A stretch of 64,000 nucleotides of DNA from Candidatus Nomurabacteria bacterium (GCA_020632415.1 JACKFO010000002.1:578732-642731); one strand, 5' to 3'; shown: positions 30,061 through 39,603, counted from the stretch's first letter. The notes: generated by a model from the sequence alone, not told the origin. Program-made: numbers and translations.

Positions 30061-31826
30061 TCACTTGCTGATTGCTGACGCCACAAAGCAGAATATAATC
30101 CTCCGCTCTTGATCAAGTCTGCGTGTTTTCCAGTTTCGATTATTTGGCCTTTTTCCAAAACATAAATTCGCTGAACATGAGCAACTGTAGATAATCGATG
30201 CGCGACAATAATTTGCATCATCTCTGGATGAGCGATCTCGATTTTTTTGATCGTCTCTGTGATTTCGTGCTCAGTCAAAGAATCCAAAGAAGAAGTTGCT
30301 TCGTCAAAAATCAAAATATCCGGCTGCCGAAGTAGTGCGCGAGCAATTGCTAAACGTTGTCGCTCACCACCAGATAATTTCATCCCACCTTCGCCAATCT
30401 TAGTGTCCAAGCCTTTCTGGCCCTTTTCTGCAATACTAGAAACAGCAGCCGAGCGCAAAGCATCTAAACATTCTTGATCAGTAGCTTGAGGGCGCACAAA
30501 CAATAAATTCTCTCTAATCGTTCCAGAGAATAATTGTGTTTCTTGAGAAACTAAGCCGATTCTTTGTCTGAATAAATGCTGATCAAGATTTTGTAAATCA
30601 ATTTTATTGTTTAATAAAATATTTCCCTTTTGTGGCAAATACAGTCTAACCAAAAGTTTTAATAAAGTAGTCTTACCGCTACCAGAAGGTCCGACAAAAG
30701 CGACGGTCTCCCCGGCTTTGATAGACAGGTTAATTTCTTGCAAGCCTCTTTGATTTTTTTCTTCTTTTTGATAAGCAAAAGAAACTTTATGAAAATCAAC
30801 TGAAGCAATTTTATTTAATACTTCCGGCTTTGCTGGCTTTGGCTCTGAGGGCATCTGCAAAATCTCCTGCAAAGCTTCATCGCTAGCTTTTGCCTGTTGG
30901 TACTGTTCAGCAATATTACCAAGTTCTGACAAAGGATTAAACAAAAAGAAAGAATAAAATAATAAAGTAAAAAACTCTCCCACCGACAAAGCTTGCCTAA
31001 ATACCAAAATCAACATCACCAGCATAATCACCGCTCGTAAACCATTGAGCAAAGTTCCTTGAATAAAGCTTAGTGTCCTGACCATTTTTACTCGCTCTAA
31101 TTCTAAATCTAAAATCTGATCATTCACCTTATTTAATCTTTCTATTTCTTGTTCTTCCAAGCCTAAACTTTTGACTAGTTCCACATTACGCAAAGTTTCG
31201 GTAGTATAGCCGGCCAAAGCTGCTTGTTGAGCTACTACTTTTTTTTGAACTTGACCAATTTTGCGACTAATCAAAAATATTGTAAAAGCTAAACTTGGGA
31301 TAATTAAAAATAGAACCACGCCAATAATCCAAGAAACCCAAAAAGCATAAATAGCAACAAAAGTAATTCCTAACAAATAAACAAACAAAACATTAATCAT
31401 GCTTGTGATCAACTTTTGAATATCTTCTCGAGCTTTTTGCATTTTGCGCAAAACTTCTCCAGAACTTTGGTCTTCAAAAACTTGATAAGGCAAAGACAAA
31501 GCGTGACGAACACTTTTGGCATACAGCTTAGTTCCCAAACGATGAGTAATTACGTTGACATAATAATCTTGAAAATTTTTCGCCAAACGAGAAACCAAAG
31601 CTACACCAACAAAAGCCAAAAGTAACAATCCGACTCCTTGAAAAAAATCTGCTTGGGACATTTCGTTTACTTTGGTTGCATAGTTATCAACTAACAAACG
31701 AAATACTTGGGGATCAAGCAAGGAAAAAATTTGATTAATCGCCGCTAAAACTAAAACTCCAATCAGAAGTTTTTTATATTCTTTAAGATATTTGAAAATA
31801 AACTGCATATTTAAAAAATTAAACAA
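30057..31826 (-). CDS. ABC exporter, fused permease and ATPase (MsbA/multidrug-like)
   Basis: Six-TM N-terminal half. Walker [10 protein letters not shown], signature [15 protein letters not shown], Walker [13 protein letters not shown]. Confidence 0.9.
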   Translation of the reverse strand: MFNFLNMQFIFKYLKEYKKLLIGVLVLAAINQIFSLLDPQVFRLLVDNYATKVNEMSQADFFQGVGLLLLAFVGVALVSRLAKNFQDYYVNVITHRLGTKLYAKSVRHALSLPYQVFEDQSSGEVLRKMQKAREDIQKLITSMINVLFVYLLGITFVAIYAFWVSWIIGVVLFLIIPSLAFTIFLISRKIGQVQKKVVAQQAALAGYTTETLRNVELVKSLGLEEQEIERLNKVNDQILDLELERVKMVRTLSFIQGTLLNGLRAVIMLVMLILVFRQALSVGEFFTLLFYSFFLFNPLSELGNIAEQYQQAKASDEALQEILQMPSEPKPAKPEVLNKIASVDFHKVSFAYQKEEKNQRGLQEINLSIKAGETVAFVGPSGSGKTTLLKLLVRLYLPQKGNILLNNKIDLQNLDQHLFRQRIGLVSQETQLFSGTIRENLLFVRPQATDQECLDALRSAAVSSIAEKGQKGLDTKIGEGGMKLSGGERQRLAIARALLRQPDILIFDEATSSLDSLTEHEITETIKKIEIAHPEMMQIIVAHRLSTVAHVQRIYVLEKGQIIETGKHADLIKSGGLYSALWRQQSASD

Positions 31827-31878
31827 TTAAGCTAGTAAAAACATTATAACAGAAGCTTAAAAAATTGCCCATTTCACC

Positions 31879-31907
31879 TTGACTTAAATAGACTTTGTTG
31901 TTATACT
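31879..31907 (+). promoter_or_regulatory. Sigma70-type promoter of the tRNA operon
   Basis: TTGACT, a 17-nt spacer, then TATACT, ending 33 nt upstream of the first tRNA. Confidence 0.6.
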
Positions 31908-31940
31908 AGGCCTTGTTTAAAAGTAAACATTTTTGTTCTT

Positions 31941-32015
31941 GCCCCGATAGTTCAACGGATAGAACAGTAGCCTTCTAAGCTATAGATCTAGGTTCGATTC
32001 CTAGTCGGGGTACCA
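31941..32015 (+). tRNA. tRNA-Arg (anticodon TCT), CCA encoded
   Basis: Hand-folded cloverleaf: acceptor GCCCCGA/TCGGGGT, anticodon loop CTTCTAA, T-arm GGTTCGATTCC. Confidence 0.8.
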
Positions 32016-32043
32016 TCACATATTACATATTTATTTTAAACAA

Positions 32044-32119
32044 GCCCTTATAGCTCAGTTGGTAGAGCAGTTGCCTCTTAAGCAAACGGTCCCAGGTTCG
32101 AGTCCTGGTGGGGGCACCA
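32044..32119 (+). tRNA. tRNA-Lys (anticodon CTT), CCA encoded
   Basis: Acceptor GCCCTTA/TGGGGGC with two G-U pairs, D-arm TAGCTCAGTTGGTAGAGC, anticodon loop CTCTTAA, T-arm GGTTCGAGTCC. Confidence 0.8.
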
Positions 32120-32134
32120 CTAATTTATAAACAT

Positions 32135-32210
32135 GGTGGCTATGGTGTAACGGTTAACACAGCGGTTTGTGGTACCGCTAATGAGGGTTCGATTCCCTCT
32201 AGCCACCCCA
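32135..32210 (+). tRNA. tRNA-His (anticodon GTG) with encoded G-1 and CCA
   Basis: Extra 5' G pairs with discriminator C73. Anticodon loop TTGTGGT. T-arm GGTTCGATTCC. Confidence 0.8.
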
Positions 32211-32215
32211 TAAAA

Positions 32216-32241
32216 ACGTCGCTAATCTTAGCGGTGTTTTT
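32216..32241 (+). terminator. Rho-independent terminator of the tRNA operon
   Basis: ACGTCGCTAA-TCT-TTAGCGGTGT followed by TTTTTATTT. Confidence 0.6.
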
Positions 32242-32360
32242 ATTTAATCCCAAATGGGGATAGAAATAATTTAAATTTTTAACAAAAGAAAAACCGGATG
32301 ACAGGGACAAGACTTAACTTGTTTATCATCCGGCAGTGAATCTTTAGGCCTTGAGCTTGT

Positions 32361-34358
32361 TTAGCTCTTGATCTCCTCCAAGAATCGATCAACACCAATA
32401 CGTTGACGCAGACGCTTCATACCACCATCGCCAATACCCGGCGACAGTCGATGTTTGCTGTCCAATTGGAAACAAAGTGCGTTGAGTTGATCACGCGCAA
32501 ATTCCGCCAGAGACATGATCTGCGTACTGAAGATAACGCTGACGCCAGATCTGGCTAGAGTGTTGAGTAGATCGCGACCTAGCTCGAAACCAGCCATCTC
32601 CTGTGTGCCGGTGCCAACTTCATCCAAAACTAGGACGACACGCTTACCATCAATTCCCTGTATCCCCCGTAGGATGTTACGGATCTTGCCCAACAGGATT
32701 TCACAGGTGGATCCTTCACCTCGTTGAGCGATGAAGACCATGCCCAGCACCTTCTTGACGTTGAAACGGAAAAACTGCCCAAAGACCGGCAATCCACTCT
32801 GAGCCAAAAAGATGTTGACGACAATGCCAATCTGCGTCTCACTCTTGCCGCCACCATGTTCGCCGGTCAAGGCAATCATGCGACCATTCAATTCCGGCAA
32901 AGAGTGTACCGGTACTACTTGACCCTTCTTCAGATGACAGAGCAACTGAGTCGGGTAAAGTTGACCAAACTCAACGACATGACCGTCCGTGACGATCTCG
33001 GGCTGACAGATTGGTACGCCGAATTTCAAAGCGGTGTCTTGAATGGATCGCAGGACCGAGATGACAACCTGCAGTTGATTCCAGTACTCAGCGAAAAAAT
33101 TTCGCTGATCTTGCAATGCCTCGTAAAGATCGTGAAATTCCTTGCCACGGTATTCATTGAGGATGGCAAACCAACGGAATTCACGATCCATGTTTAGAGA
33201 GGTGCTAAAGAAAGGCGTGAGAAATGAATGGTTCTGCCTCACAGCCGCAGCAATCAGTGCGTTATTGGCCTGAGCATGAGCTGCCTCGTCCCTTTTTCTC
33301 TGAATCAAGACTTCAGCTTTCATGATCTGTTGGTACTTCAAAGCATCGTAACCAGCAAAACCATCGGACAAGTTAACAGTCTTTCTGTCTTCAGGTTCGG
33401 GAATCTCCAGATGCAAAATCGTAATTTGCAGACCACTCTGATCATAGGAGAATTGTACCGTCGCCTGGCCACCATTAAGACTGGAATTGTCCCAGTGGAT
33501 TTTACGCAGCTTTCCGAGGACTGCTGATCGAATATCTTCGATCATGGAAGTTGAAATGCTATTGATGACCATAGCTTTGTAAGCTGGGCGGCAGCGGAGA
33601 AGATTTTTGAAATCAACCAACTTGCGCCGCAAAAAGCCAAAACCCAGCCAGTTGAAAGGATTCAGTGCATCGTGCGTCCACTTTGGATAAGCGAGTTTGG
33701 TGCTTATCTTCTGGGAATACTTGCGATGACCAAAGACCTCTCCACCTGAATACTCCAAATCAGAAACAAGGAAAAGGGACTGATCAGGATCAACGCCCAT
33801 CTTTTCCTTGACCGATTTCTCGACACCTACTGTTACCACTTCAAAGCTCATCCAGCCGTGCATGACCGTAATCTGTTCCACTCGTTGAGTGATGATGTCG
33901 GCCATTTTACGTTCGGCAGCTTCCAAATCGAGACCAACCAACAACTTATTGGCAATCATTTGCAGATCAGGAGGAGCATCCGGAGAATTCAGAATGAATT
34001 CTATCCACCCATGGACCATTGCCCAGTAGGGATTGTGTTCATTCTGGGGGTTGTAAAACTTAAGGAACTCTTCTTCATCAATCGGAAGACCGGCCGTTAC
34101 GCCAGATTCTTCAACCCAACTCGTAAAAGCAGGGTGACCTGTTAAGAAACGACAAAGATTGTGTCGACGATGTAACTCTTCCTCATTTGTGATTCCGAAG
34201 CTGGAAGCCAAAGACGAATCCTTGATACCAAGAGCTTTAAGAAATTCATCAACTGGCAGGTCCTCTTCGTTGATAACCTGCAAACGATCACGCTTGTGAA
34301 TCTTGGTCTTCCACAGCGGTTGAGCTGATGGATCCGGATACTTGATTGTGGTGGCCAT
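32361..34358 (-). CDS. MutS-domain-V (ABC-type ATPase) protein fused to a ~430 aa N-terminal domain of unknown function; GC-rich orphan
   Basis: The C-terminal ~220 aa carry a Walker A (TGEHGGGKSE), a Walker B (VVLVLDEVGTGTQEMAG) and a STQ motif in the ATH position, plus MutS-like C-terminal RLSPGIGDGGMKRLRQRIG. GC ~48%. A long GC-rich terminator hairpin (CCGGATGACAGGG…TCATCCGG plus T-run) sits at 32294-32332 on the minus strand. Confidence 0.65.
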   Translation of the reverse strand: MATTIKYPDPSAQPLWKTKIHKRDRLQVINEEDLPVDEFLKALGIKDSSLASSFGITNEEELHRRHNLCRFLTGHPAFTSWVEESGVTAGLPIDEEEFLKFYNPQNEHNPYWAMVHGWIEFILNSPDAPPDLQMIANKLLVGLDLEAAERKMADIITQRVEQITVMHGWMSFEVVTVGVEKSVKEKMGVDPDQSLFLVSDLEYSGGEVFGHRKYSQKISTKLAYPKWTHDALNPFNWLGFGFLRRKLVDFKNLLRCRPAYKAMVINSISTSMIEDIRSAVLGKLRKIHWDNSSLNGGQATVQFSYDQSGLQITILHLEIPEPEDRKTVNLSDGFAGYDALKYQQIMKAEVLIQRKRDEAAHAQANNALIAAAVRQNHSFLTPFFSTSLNMDREFRWFAILNEYRGKEFHDLYEALQDQRNFFAEYWNQLQVVISVLRSIQDTALKFGVPICQPEIVTDGHVVEFGQLYPTQLLCHLKKGQVVPVHSLPELNGRMIALTGEHGGGKSETQIGIVVNIFLAQSGLPVFGQFFRFNVKKVLGMVFIAQRGEGSTCEILLGKIRNILRGIQGIDGKRVVLVLDEVGTGTQEMAGFELGRDLLNTLARSGVSVIFSTQIMSLAEFARDQLNALCFQLDSKHRLSPGIGDGGMKRLRQRIGVDRFLEEIKS

Positions 34359-34538
34359 TCTCTGTTCCTCCGACTCTGTTTTTGAGGTTGTTGTTTCTCT
34401 ATAGACAATCTTTCAAAGTGCAAATTAGCGAGTTTATCGCAATGCCTTACTATATGATATTTTACTTATTTTGTCAACCTTATTTCTAACCACCTAAAAA
34501 CAACAAATGCCCCTCTTGAGAGATTACTAGAACTCCAT

Positions 34539-34649
34539 CAATTCTGATGAGTAAAAATAGTCTAAATTGTTATAGATAATTTTTCCGATTGACTTCACTG
34601 TTTTACCCCATCAGCAAACTACTCCCTAAAAGAGTAGTTTTTTGATATA
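34539..34649 (+). repeat. Repeated intergenic module copy 1: X (48 bp, promoter-like), an 18-bp spacer, then Y (45 bp with an AAACTACTC/GAGTAGTTT hairpin and T6)
   Basis: X = CAATTCTGATGAGTAAAAATAGTCTAAATTGTTATAGATAATTTTTCC, recurring at 38757-38804 with 44/48 identity. Y = ACCCCATCAGCAAACTACTCCCTAAAAGAGTAGTTTTTTGATATA, identical at 37489-37533. Confidence 0.7.
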
Positions 34650-34674
34650 CTAAAAACGTTATTAAATTTAAAAT

Positions 34675-35721
34675 ATGAAATTGTTTAAAAATCTGCAAAA
34701 TTTTAGCGACATGGTAATGTTTACCATCATTGGAGGGATAATCGGCTCTATATTGATTTTAGGAGGTTTTATTTGGTTAAAAATGAGCAGTCAACACAAC
34801 GATACATATTCGAGCAATGTGCCTCAAGTAATATCGAAATCAGAACATTTGAAATTAGTTAGTGATTATTGTTATTATGGAGATTGTTTGTTTCAGAACG
34901 AAGAAGAAAACAATAACTATGTTTTTGGTCTTACTACTTTGAAAGGTTGGCATTTTACTCGTGATAGCATAGGCATGGGTGGGGACAATGTGACTTGTGA
35001 TGCTTTTGTGATTGAAGAAGGCCCAAGGCCACTTGTAAATTTTTATAGAGACATAATAGAGAGTGGAAATAATTTTTATAATATTGATGAAAATGGTTAT
35101 TTTACTATAAATATAAATTTAAATAATTTATCAGATGACGAGAGAGCGCTTATTCTTAATTCTGATTCGTATCATCCTATTGAAATGATGATTTTTCAAA
35201 ATCCACCCCTTGGCAAAGGAGAAGCGGCCTGTATGAGCACTGTTCGTATATTAGAAATTGAAAAAGCAACGCCCACTTGGCAAACCTATAGAGATGCAAA
35301 AAATACATATGAGTTTGAATATCCATCGGAGTGGAGAGTGACGGAATATGCTAGTGAAAATATTTCTATAAGTATGGACGTTGTTGGAGATACGGTATTA
35401 TTCATGAAGGGCGTCTCTATTTTTCCATTAAGCCAAAACAGTGTAAATGTTTTGCTCGATGAATGGCAAGTAAAAAAACAGGATTCAAATCAAGGCATGG
35501 TAATTTTTGATTATTTGGAAAATGAAAATATATCAGGTCAAGAGGTTTTGGTTCGTAAATTTAGAAATCAGGACAATCAACACGGAGGAACTGACTATCT
35601 TTTTCCATTTAAAAAATTATTATTGGAAATTCCAGATTTGATAGAAAAAGATGGCGCATCTGAAGAATATACCAACACAGTACACGATAGATTTTGGAAA
35701 ACTTTCAAATTTCTAGATTAA
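34675..35721 (+). CDS. Membrane-anchored hypothetical protein, paralog 1 (MKLFKNL N-terminus, one TM, extracytoplasmic domain)
   Basis: Shares a 27-bp 5' leader and an MKLFKNL-plus-TM start with the next gene. Confidence 0.55.
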   Translation: MKLFKNLQNFSDMVMFTIIGGIIGSILILGGFIWLKMSSQHNDTYSSNVPQVISKSEHLKLVSDYCYYGDCLFQNEEENNNYVFGLTTLKGWHFTRDSIGMGGDNVTCDAFVIEEGPRPLVNFYRDIIESGNNFYNIDENGYFTININLNNLSDDERALILNSDSYHPIEMMIFQNPPLGKGEAACMSTVRILEIEKATPTWQTYRDAKNTYEFEYPSEWRVTEYASENISISMDVVGDTVLFMKGVSIFPLSQNSVNVLLDEWQVKKQDSNQGMVIFDYLENENISGQEVLVRKFRNQDNQHGGTDYLFPFKKLLLEIPDLIEKDGASEEYTNTVHDRFWKTFKFLD

Positions 35722-35765
35722 CTACTAATTTTTTTCTGTACTAAAAACGTTATTAAATCTAAAAT

Positions 35766-36956
35766 ATGAAACTTTTTAAGAATTTAAAAAGACACGAGTG
35801 GATCATAGCAATGGCTATTGTTTTTGGAATTATTGGGGTCATTGCTATAACGGGATTTTTTGTTAAGCGGGAATTTAATAAGCAAAAAAATGTTGTCGAT
35901 GTTCAAAGTGATGATGGTTGGCTGACTTATACAAATGAGAAAACACCTGTCTTGATATATATACAAGAAATAGTTAAAACAGGGAGTGACTCTAGAGCAT
36001 GGCCGACTGTGCAAATAATAGGTAAAGTTGGAGATAGCGATCCTGAGCTTCTTGCTGAAGTTGGCAAGGAGGACGAATATCCTGTTGGTTATAAATTGAG
36101 TCCTGATAACAAATCTCTTTTAATTAACCTAGAAAGTAAGCTCCAAATTTTAAATCTAGTCACCAAAGAACTAAAGGATTTGTTTGTACCTAAGCAACAA
36201 GTTGCCAGCATTTCTTATTCGCCTGATGGAAAACAATTATTTATTTGGGATCAAAAATATGGCCAACAAAACGGTGAATATTACGCTCACATTTTTGATA
36301 TTATCACACATAAAGATCAGATATTAAAACAAGGAAATATTGAGGGTTCATTTTTTAGTGTAGCCTGGCGTGATGATGGTAACGTCACGATGTATAAAGC
36401 TATGGGCGATTTTGCTCGGTCATATTATTTTAATTTAGCTACCAATGAATTACGAGAAACCCCAAATTCTTACACAACCGGCGTTGTAAGCACTAGTGGT
36501 AAATTGATGTCCACGATAAAAAAACACATACCTGATATCTGCAATGACATGAGCGGAAGCGCGCCTAGTTTATATAATATCATTGATCCAGTTTCAGGCA
36601 ATGTTCTAGGGATGGTTGGCAAAGCTAATTACAGCGTAGATATAATCGCTTTTTCTTCTGATGATAAAGAAGTTTTTTATAGAGCTGGAAAACCATGGAC
36701 CAATAGAGAGGATTGTGATAAAAATATAGAAAATAAATATTTTACGACCTTAATTAACACAGGAGAATCGAATGTAGTCATCAATCCTTCAGAGATTATT
36801 AGTTCTTGGGCTGGTAATTATATTGGAGCGTCATCTAAGTATAATTACAAAGAAAACACTTGGTCTATTTTAATTAACGATGAACCATTAATTACATCTG
36901 ACAAGAGATTGCAAATTGCGGGGCAATTCTATCTACAAAATACAGAAGAAAATTAG
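35766..36956 (+). CDS. Membrane-anchored hypothetical protein, paralog 2, with a TolB/PD40-like beta-propeller-type extracytoplasmic domain
   Basis: MKLFKNL plus TM. Repeats such as SPDNKSLLINLES and SPDGKQLFIWDQK are reminiscent of PD40 blades. Confidence 0.55.
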   Translation: MKLFKNLKRHEWIIAMAIVFGIIGVIAITGFFVKREFNKQKNVVDVQSDDGWLTYTNEKTPVLIYIQEIVKTGSDSRAWPTVQIIGKVGDSDPELLAEVGKEDEYPVGYKLSPDNKSLLINLESKLQILNLVTKELKDLFVPKQQVASISYSPDGKQLFIWDQKYGQQNGEYYAHIFDIITHKDQILKQGNIEGSFFSVAWRDDGNVTMYKAMGDFARSYYFNLATNELRETPNSYTTGVVSTSGKLMSTIKKHIPDICNDMSGSAPSLYNIIDPVSGNVLGMVGKANYSVDIIAFSSDDKEVFYRAGKPWTNREDCDKNIENKYFTTLINTGESNVVINPSEIISSWAGNYIGASSKYNYKENTWSILINDEPLITSDKRLQIAGQFYLQNTEEN

Positions 36957-36975
36957 CTAATATGTCAACATAATT

Positions 36976-37371
36976 ATGTCAAATAAAATTCAACAAATTT
37001 CTGTAAAGGCTGTTTTTCAAAAGGACAACAAAGTTCTTCTTGTTAAAGATCTTAAAAATGTTTGGGAGTTGCCAGGCGGACGCATAGAACATGGAGAAAA
37101 TCCAGAAGAAACCTTAAAGAGAGAAATAGAAGAAGAGTTGGGATGGAAAAATATACAAATAGAAAAGATACTAGATAGTTGGAGTTTTACTTCTCAAGTT
37201 CAAAATTCTCAATATCATTTTGTTATTCTAACTTATCTTTGCAGTACGCAAGAAGATGAAGTAAAAGAAAATGAAGAATACACAGAATATAAATGGACTC
37301 CTTTAAGCGAGATGGATTCTTTAGAGATGAAAGATGGATATAAAAAAACAATCAAAGAATTTTTATCTTAA
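36976..37371 (+). CDS. NUDIX hydrolase
   Basis: Nudix box GGRIEHGENPEETLKREIEEELGW. Confidence 0.75.
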   Translation: MSNKIQQISVKAVFQKDNKVLLVKDLKNVWELPGGRIEHGENPEETLKREIEEELGWKNIQIEKILDSWSFTSQVQNSQYHFVILTYLCSTQEDEVKENEEYTEYKWTPLSEMDSLEMKDGYKKTIKEFLS

Positions 37372-37488
37372 GTTAATTTAAATAGATTTTTACTTAATTT
37401 TACAATTTTCTATAGCTGCTAAATTTTCTTTTATATTAGCTATATACTCCTTATCTGAGAGAATGGTTATAATACGTTTCCGAGACTG

Positions 37489-37533
37489 ACCCCATCAGCA
37501 AACTACTCCCTAAAAGAGTAGTTTTTTGATATA
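37489..37533 (+). repeat. Repeated module copy 2 (Y element only)
   Basis: 45/45 identical to 34605-34649. Ends 26 nt before the ATG of the 37560 gene. Confidence 0.7.
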
Positions 37534-37559
37534 ATAAAAATATAATTAAAAATAAAATT

Positions 37560-37958
37560 ATGAAAATTATCTTAGGATATTTCTTGACTTTTTTAAGCTT
37601 TTTTTTGATCGATATGCTTTGGCTTGGTTTTTTAGCTAAAGGTGTTTATAAAAAATATTTAGGATCAATCATTGGCCAAGAAGTAAATTGGCCTCCGGCC
37701 ATGATATTTTATTTGCTTTTTGTTTTAGGAGTTGTTGTATTCGTAATTTGGCCGGCAATTGAAAAAAATTCTTTAACTCATGCAATTTTGTTTGGCTTGT
37801 TTTTTGGTCTAGTGACTTATGCTACTTATGATTTGACTAATTATGCAACTATCAAAAACTGGCCACTGCAAATCGTCTTGATTGATCTTGCTTGGGGCTC
37901 TGTGTTATCAATGATTGTTGCTTTTGTTGGTTTTTATATTTTTAAATACCTAAAATAA
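37560..37958 (+). CDS. Small polytopic membrane protein (DUF2177-like)
   Basis: 132 aa, four TM. Translationally coupled to the next gene through an ATGA overlap. Confidence 0.45.
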   Translation: MKIILGYFLTFLSFFLIDMLWLGFLAKGVYKKYLGSIIGQEVNWPPAMIFYLLFVLGVVVFVIWPAIEKNSLTHAILFGLFFGLVTYATYDLTNYATIKNWPLQIVLIDLAWGSVLSMIVAFVGFYIFKYLK

Positions 37959-38737
37959 TGTTTGAAGCATTTTTTATTAGCGCAATAACAATTTTTATTT
38001 ACGCCTCTCTTTGGTTCATTATTTCTTTGATCATAAAAAGAAATGACATTGCTGATATTGCTTGGGGTTTAGGATATATTTTGTTAGTTTTATTTTTTCT
38101 CTTTCAACAAAATAATACCTACGAAGACTACTTGCTTTATATCTTGATTATTTTATGGGGATTAAGATTATCCATTCATATATTTATCAGGAATCAAGGT
38201 AAAACGGAAGATTATAGATATAATCAGTGGCGTAAAGAGTGGGGAAAATATTTTTATATTCGCTCATATCTACAAATTTATTTACTACAAGGATTTTTAT
38301 TAATTTTGATAGCCTCGCCAATAATCTTAACTTCGGTTAATACAAATAATCATTTAAATTTTTTGAGTTTTTTAGGCCTCATCATTTGGTTTATTGGTTT
38401 TTATTTTAAAAGCGTCGGAGATTACCAATTAGCAAAATTTTTAAAAAACCCAGAGAACAAAGGAAAAATTTTAAAAACCGGTTTATGGCAATACACTAGA
38501 CATCCAAATTATTTTGGAGAAGTGACAATGTGGTGGGGCATATTTTTAATAGTTGTAAATTTAAATAATTTTGTTTATGCCTTAATGAGCCCATTGACTA
38601 TTACAATTTTGATTTTATTCATTTCGGGGGTGCCATTGTTAGAGAAAAAATATCAAGGAGATCCAGAATTTGAAAAATACAAAAAAGAAACTAATAAATT
38701 TTTTCCATCTTTTAGAAAAAATAAAATATCCTCTTAA
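37958..38737 (+). CDS. DUF1295/ICMT-like membrane methyltransferase-fold protein (steroid 5-alpha-reductase-like family)
   Basis: WQYTRHPNYFGEVTMWWGIF carries the RHPNYxGE signature of DUF1295 and isoprenylcysteine carboxyl methyltransferase-like proteins. Confidence 0.65.
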   Translation: MFEAFFISAITIFIYASLWFIISLIIKRNDIADIAWGLGYILLVLFFLFQQNNTYEDYLLYILIILWGLRLSIHIFIRNQGKTEDYRYNQWRKEWGKYFYIRSYLQIYLLQGFLLILIASPIILTSVNTNNHLNFLSFLGLIIWFIGFYFKSVGDYQLAKFLKNPENKGKILKTGLWQYTRHPNYFGEVTMWWGIFLIVVNLNNFVYALMSPLTITILILFISGVPLLEKKYQGDPEFEKYKKETNKFFPSFRKNKISS

Positions 38738-38756
38738 AACTTTACTATAGCTTTAA

Positions 38757-38856
38757 CAATTCTGATTAATAAAAATAGTCTAAATTGTTATAGATAATTT
38801 TTCCCTGCCTACCGGCAGACAGGAGATTGACCTCGCTGTTTTGCCTCATCAAACAA
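38757..38856 (+). repeat. Repeated module copy 3: X, a 19-bp hairpin insert CTGCCTACCGGCAGACAGG, then a diverged Y
   Basis: X is 44/48 identical to copy 1 (all differences fall in TGAG versus TAAT). The Y region has diverged (ATTGACCTCGCTGTTTTGCCTCATCAAACAA). Confidence 0.6.
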
Positions 38857-38952
38857 TCATTCCAAAAGGATATGGCAGCAGAAAAGCTTTAAACCCTTGC
38901 TTTTTCCTTAAAAAAAGACTACACTAGGTCAATAATTATCTAAAATATTCAT

Positions 38953-39075
38953 ATGGCAAAAAGATTACATGCTGTTGGCCGAGTACAAAAATCAAATTCC
39001 AAAAAAACTAAAAAAAGATTGGAAATAAAAAAAGCAATGCTCGAAGCCAAAGCTAACAAAAAAAAGAAGAAATAA
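38953..39075 (+). CDS. Tiny highly basic protein (40 aa, MAKRLHAVGRVQKSNSKKTKKRLEIKKAMLEAKANKKKKK)
   Basis: Hand translated. Lies downstream of repeat copy 3. A bidirectional terminator AATACCACCTTAAGGTGGTATT follows at 39083-39104, shared with greA. Confidence 0.3.
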   Translation: MAKRLHAVGRVQKSNSKKTKKRLEIKKAMLEAKANKKKKK

Positions 39076-39105
39076 TTTTAAAATACCACCTCTTAAGGTG
39101 GTATT

Positions 39106-39603
39106 TTATTCTATTTTTAAAACTTGATACTTGATATTTCTCTCTTCTGTTTTTAATTCAATAATATCGCCGACTTTTTTATCTAACAACAACTGCCCCA
39201 AAGGCGATGAATGAGAAATCACTCCTTTGCTCGGATCGGTTTCGACGGAGCCTAAAATCTGATATTTAATCTCTTGGCCATTAAACCCCAAGCTTACACT
39301 GTGTCCAACTTGAATTGTCTTTTTACTATTAGGATGAATAATCTCTGCTTTACCTAGCAAGTCCTCTAACTCTTTTAATTCCTGATTCGTTCTGCGCAGT
39401 TTACCTTTAGCAATTTGATAAGCAGCGTTTTCTGAAAAATCTCCATCAGCGGCATATTTTTTAACATCACTTGCTTGTCTGGGTCGAATTATTTCTTTTA
39501 TTTTTTGCAAACGTAAACTAAGTTCCTCAAATTTTTTTTTGGTCATTTTGGGATCTGGTCGCAAATCACTAAACTCCCCTCCTTTTCTAATTGGTACACG
39601 CAT
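39106..39603 (-). CDS. greA: Transcription elongation factor GreA
   Basis: N-terminal coiled coil plus C-terminal FKBP-like domain (ISHSSPLGQLLLDKKVGDIIELK). Confidence 0.85.
   Translation of the reverse strand: MRVPIRKGGEFSDLRPDPKMTKKKFEELSLRLQKIKEIIRPRQASDVKKYAADGDFSENAAYQIAKGKLRRTNQELKELEDLLGKAEIIHPNSKKTIQVGHSVSLGFNGQEIKYQILGSVETDPSKGVISHSSPLGQLLLDKKVGDIIELKTEERNIKYQVLKIE

Noticed and set aside
34543-34560. CTGATGAG motif in repeat copy 1, resembling the hammerhead ribozyme core
   Set aside because: No helix II stem follows and there is no GAAA/cleavage-site context. The motif is not conserved in copy 3 (CTGATTAAT).
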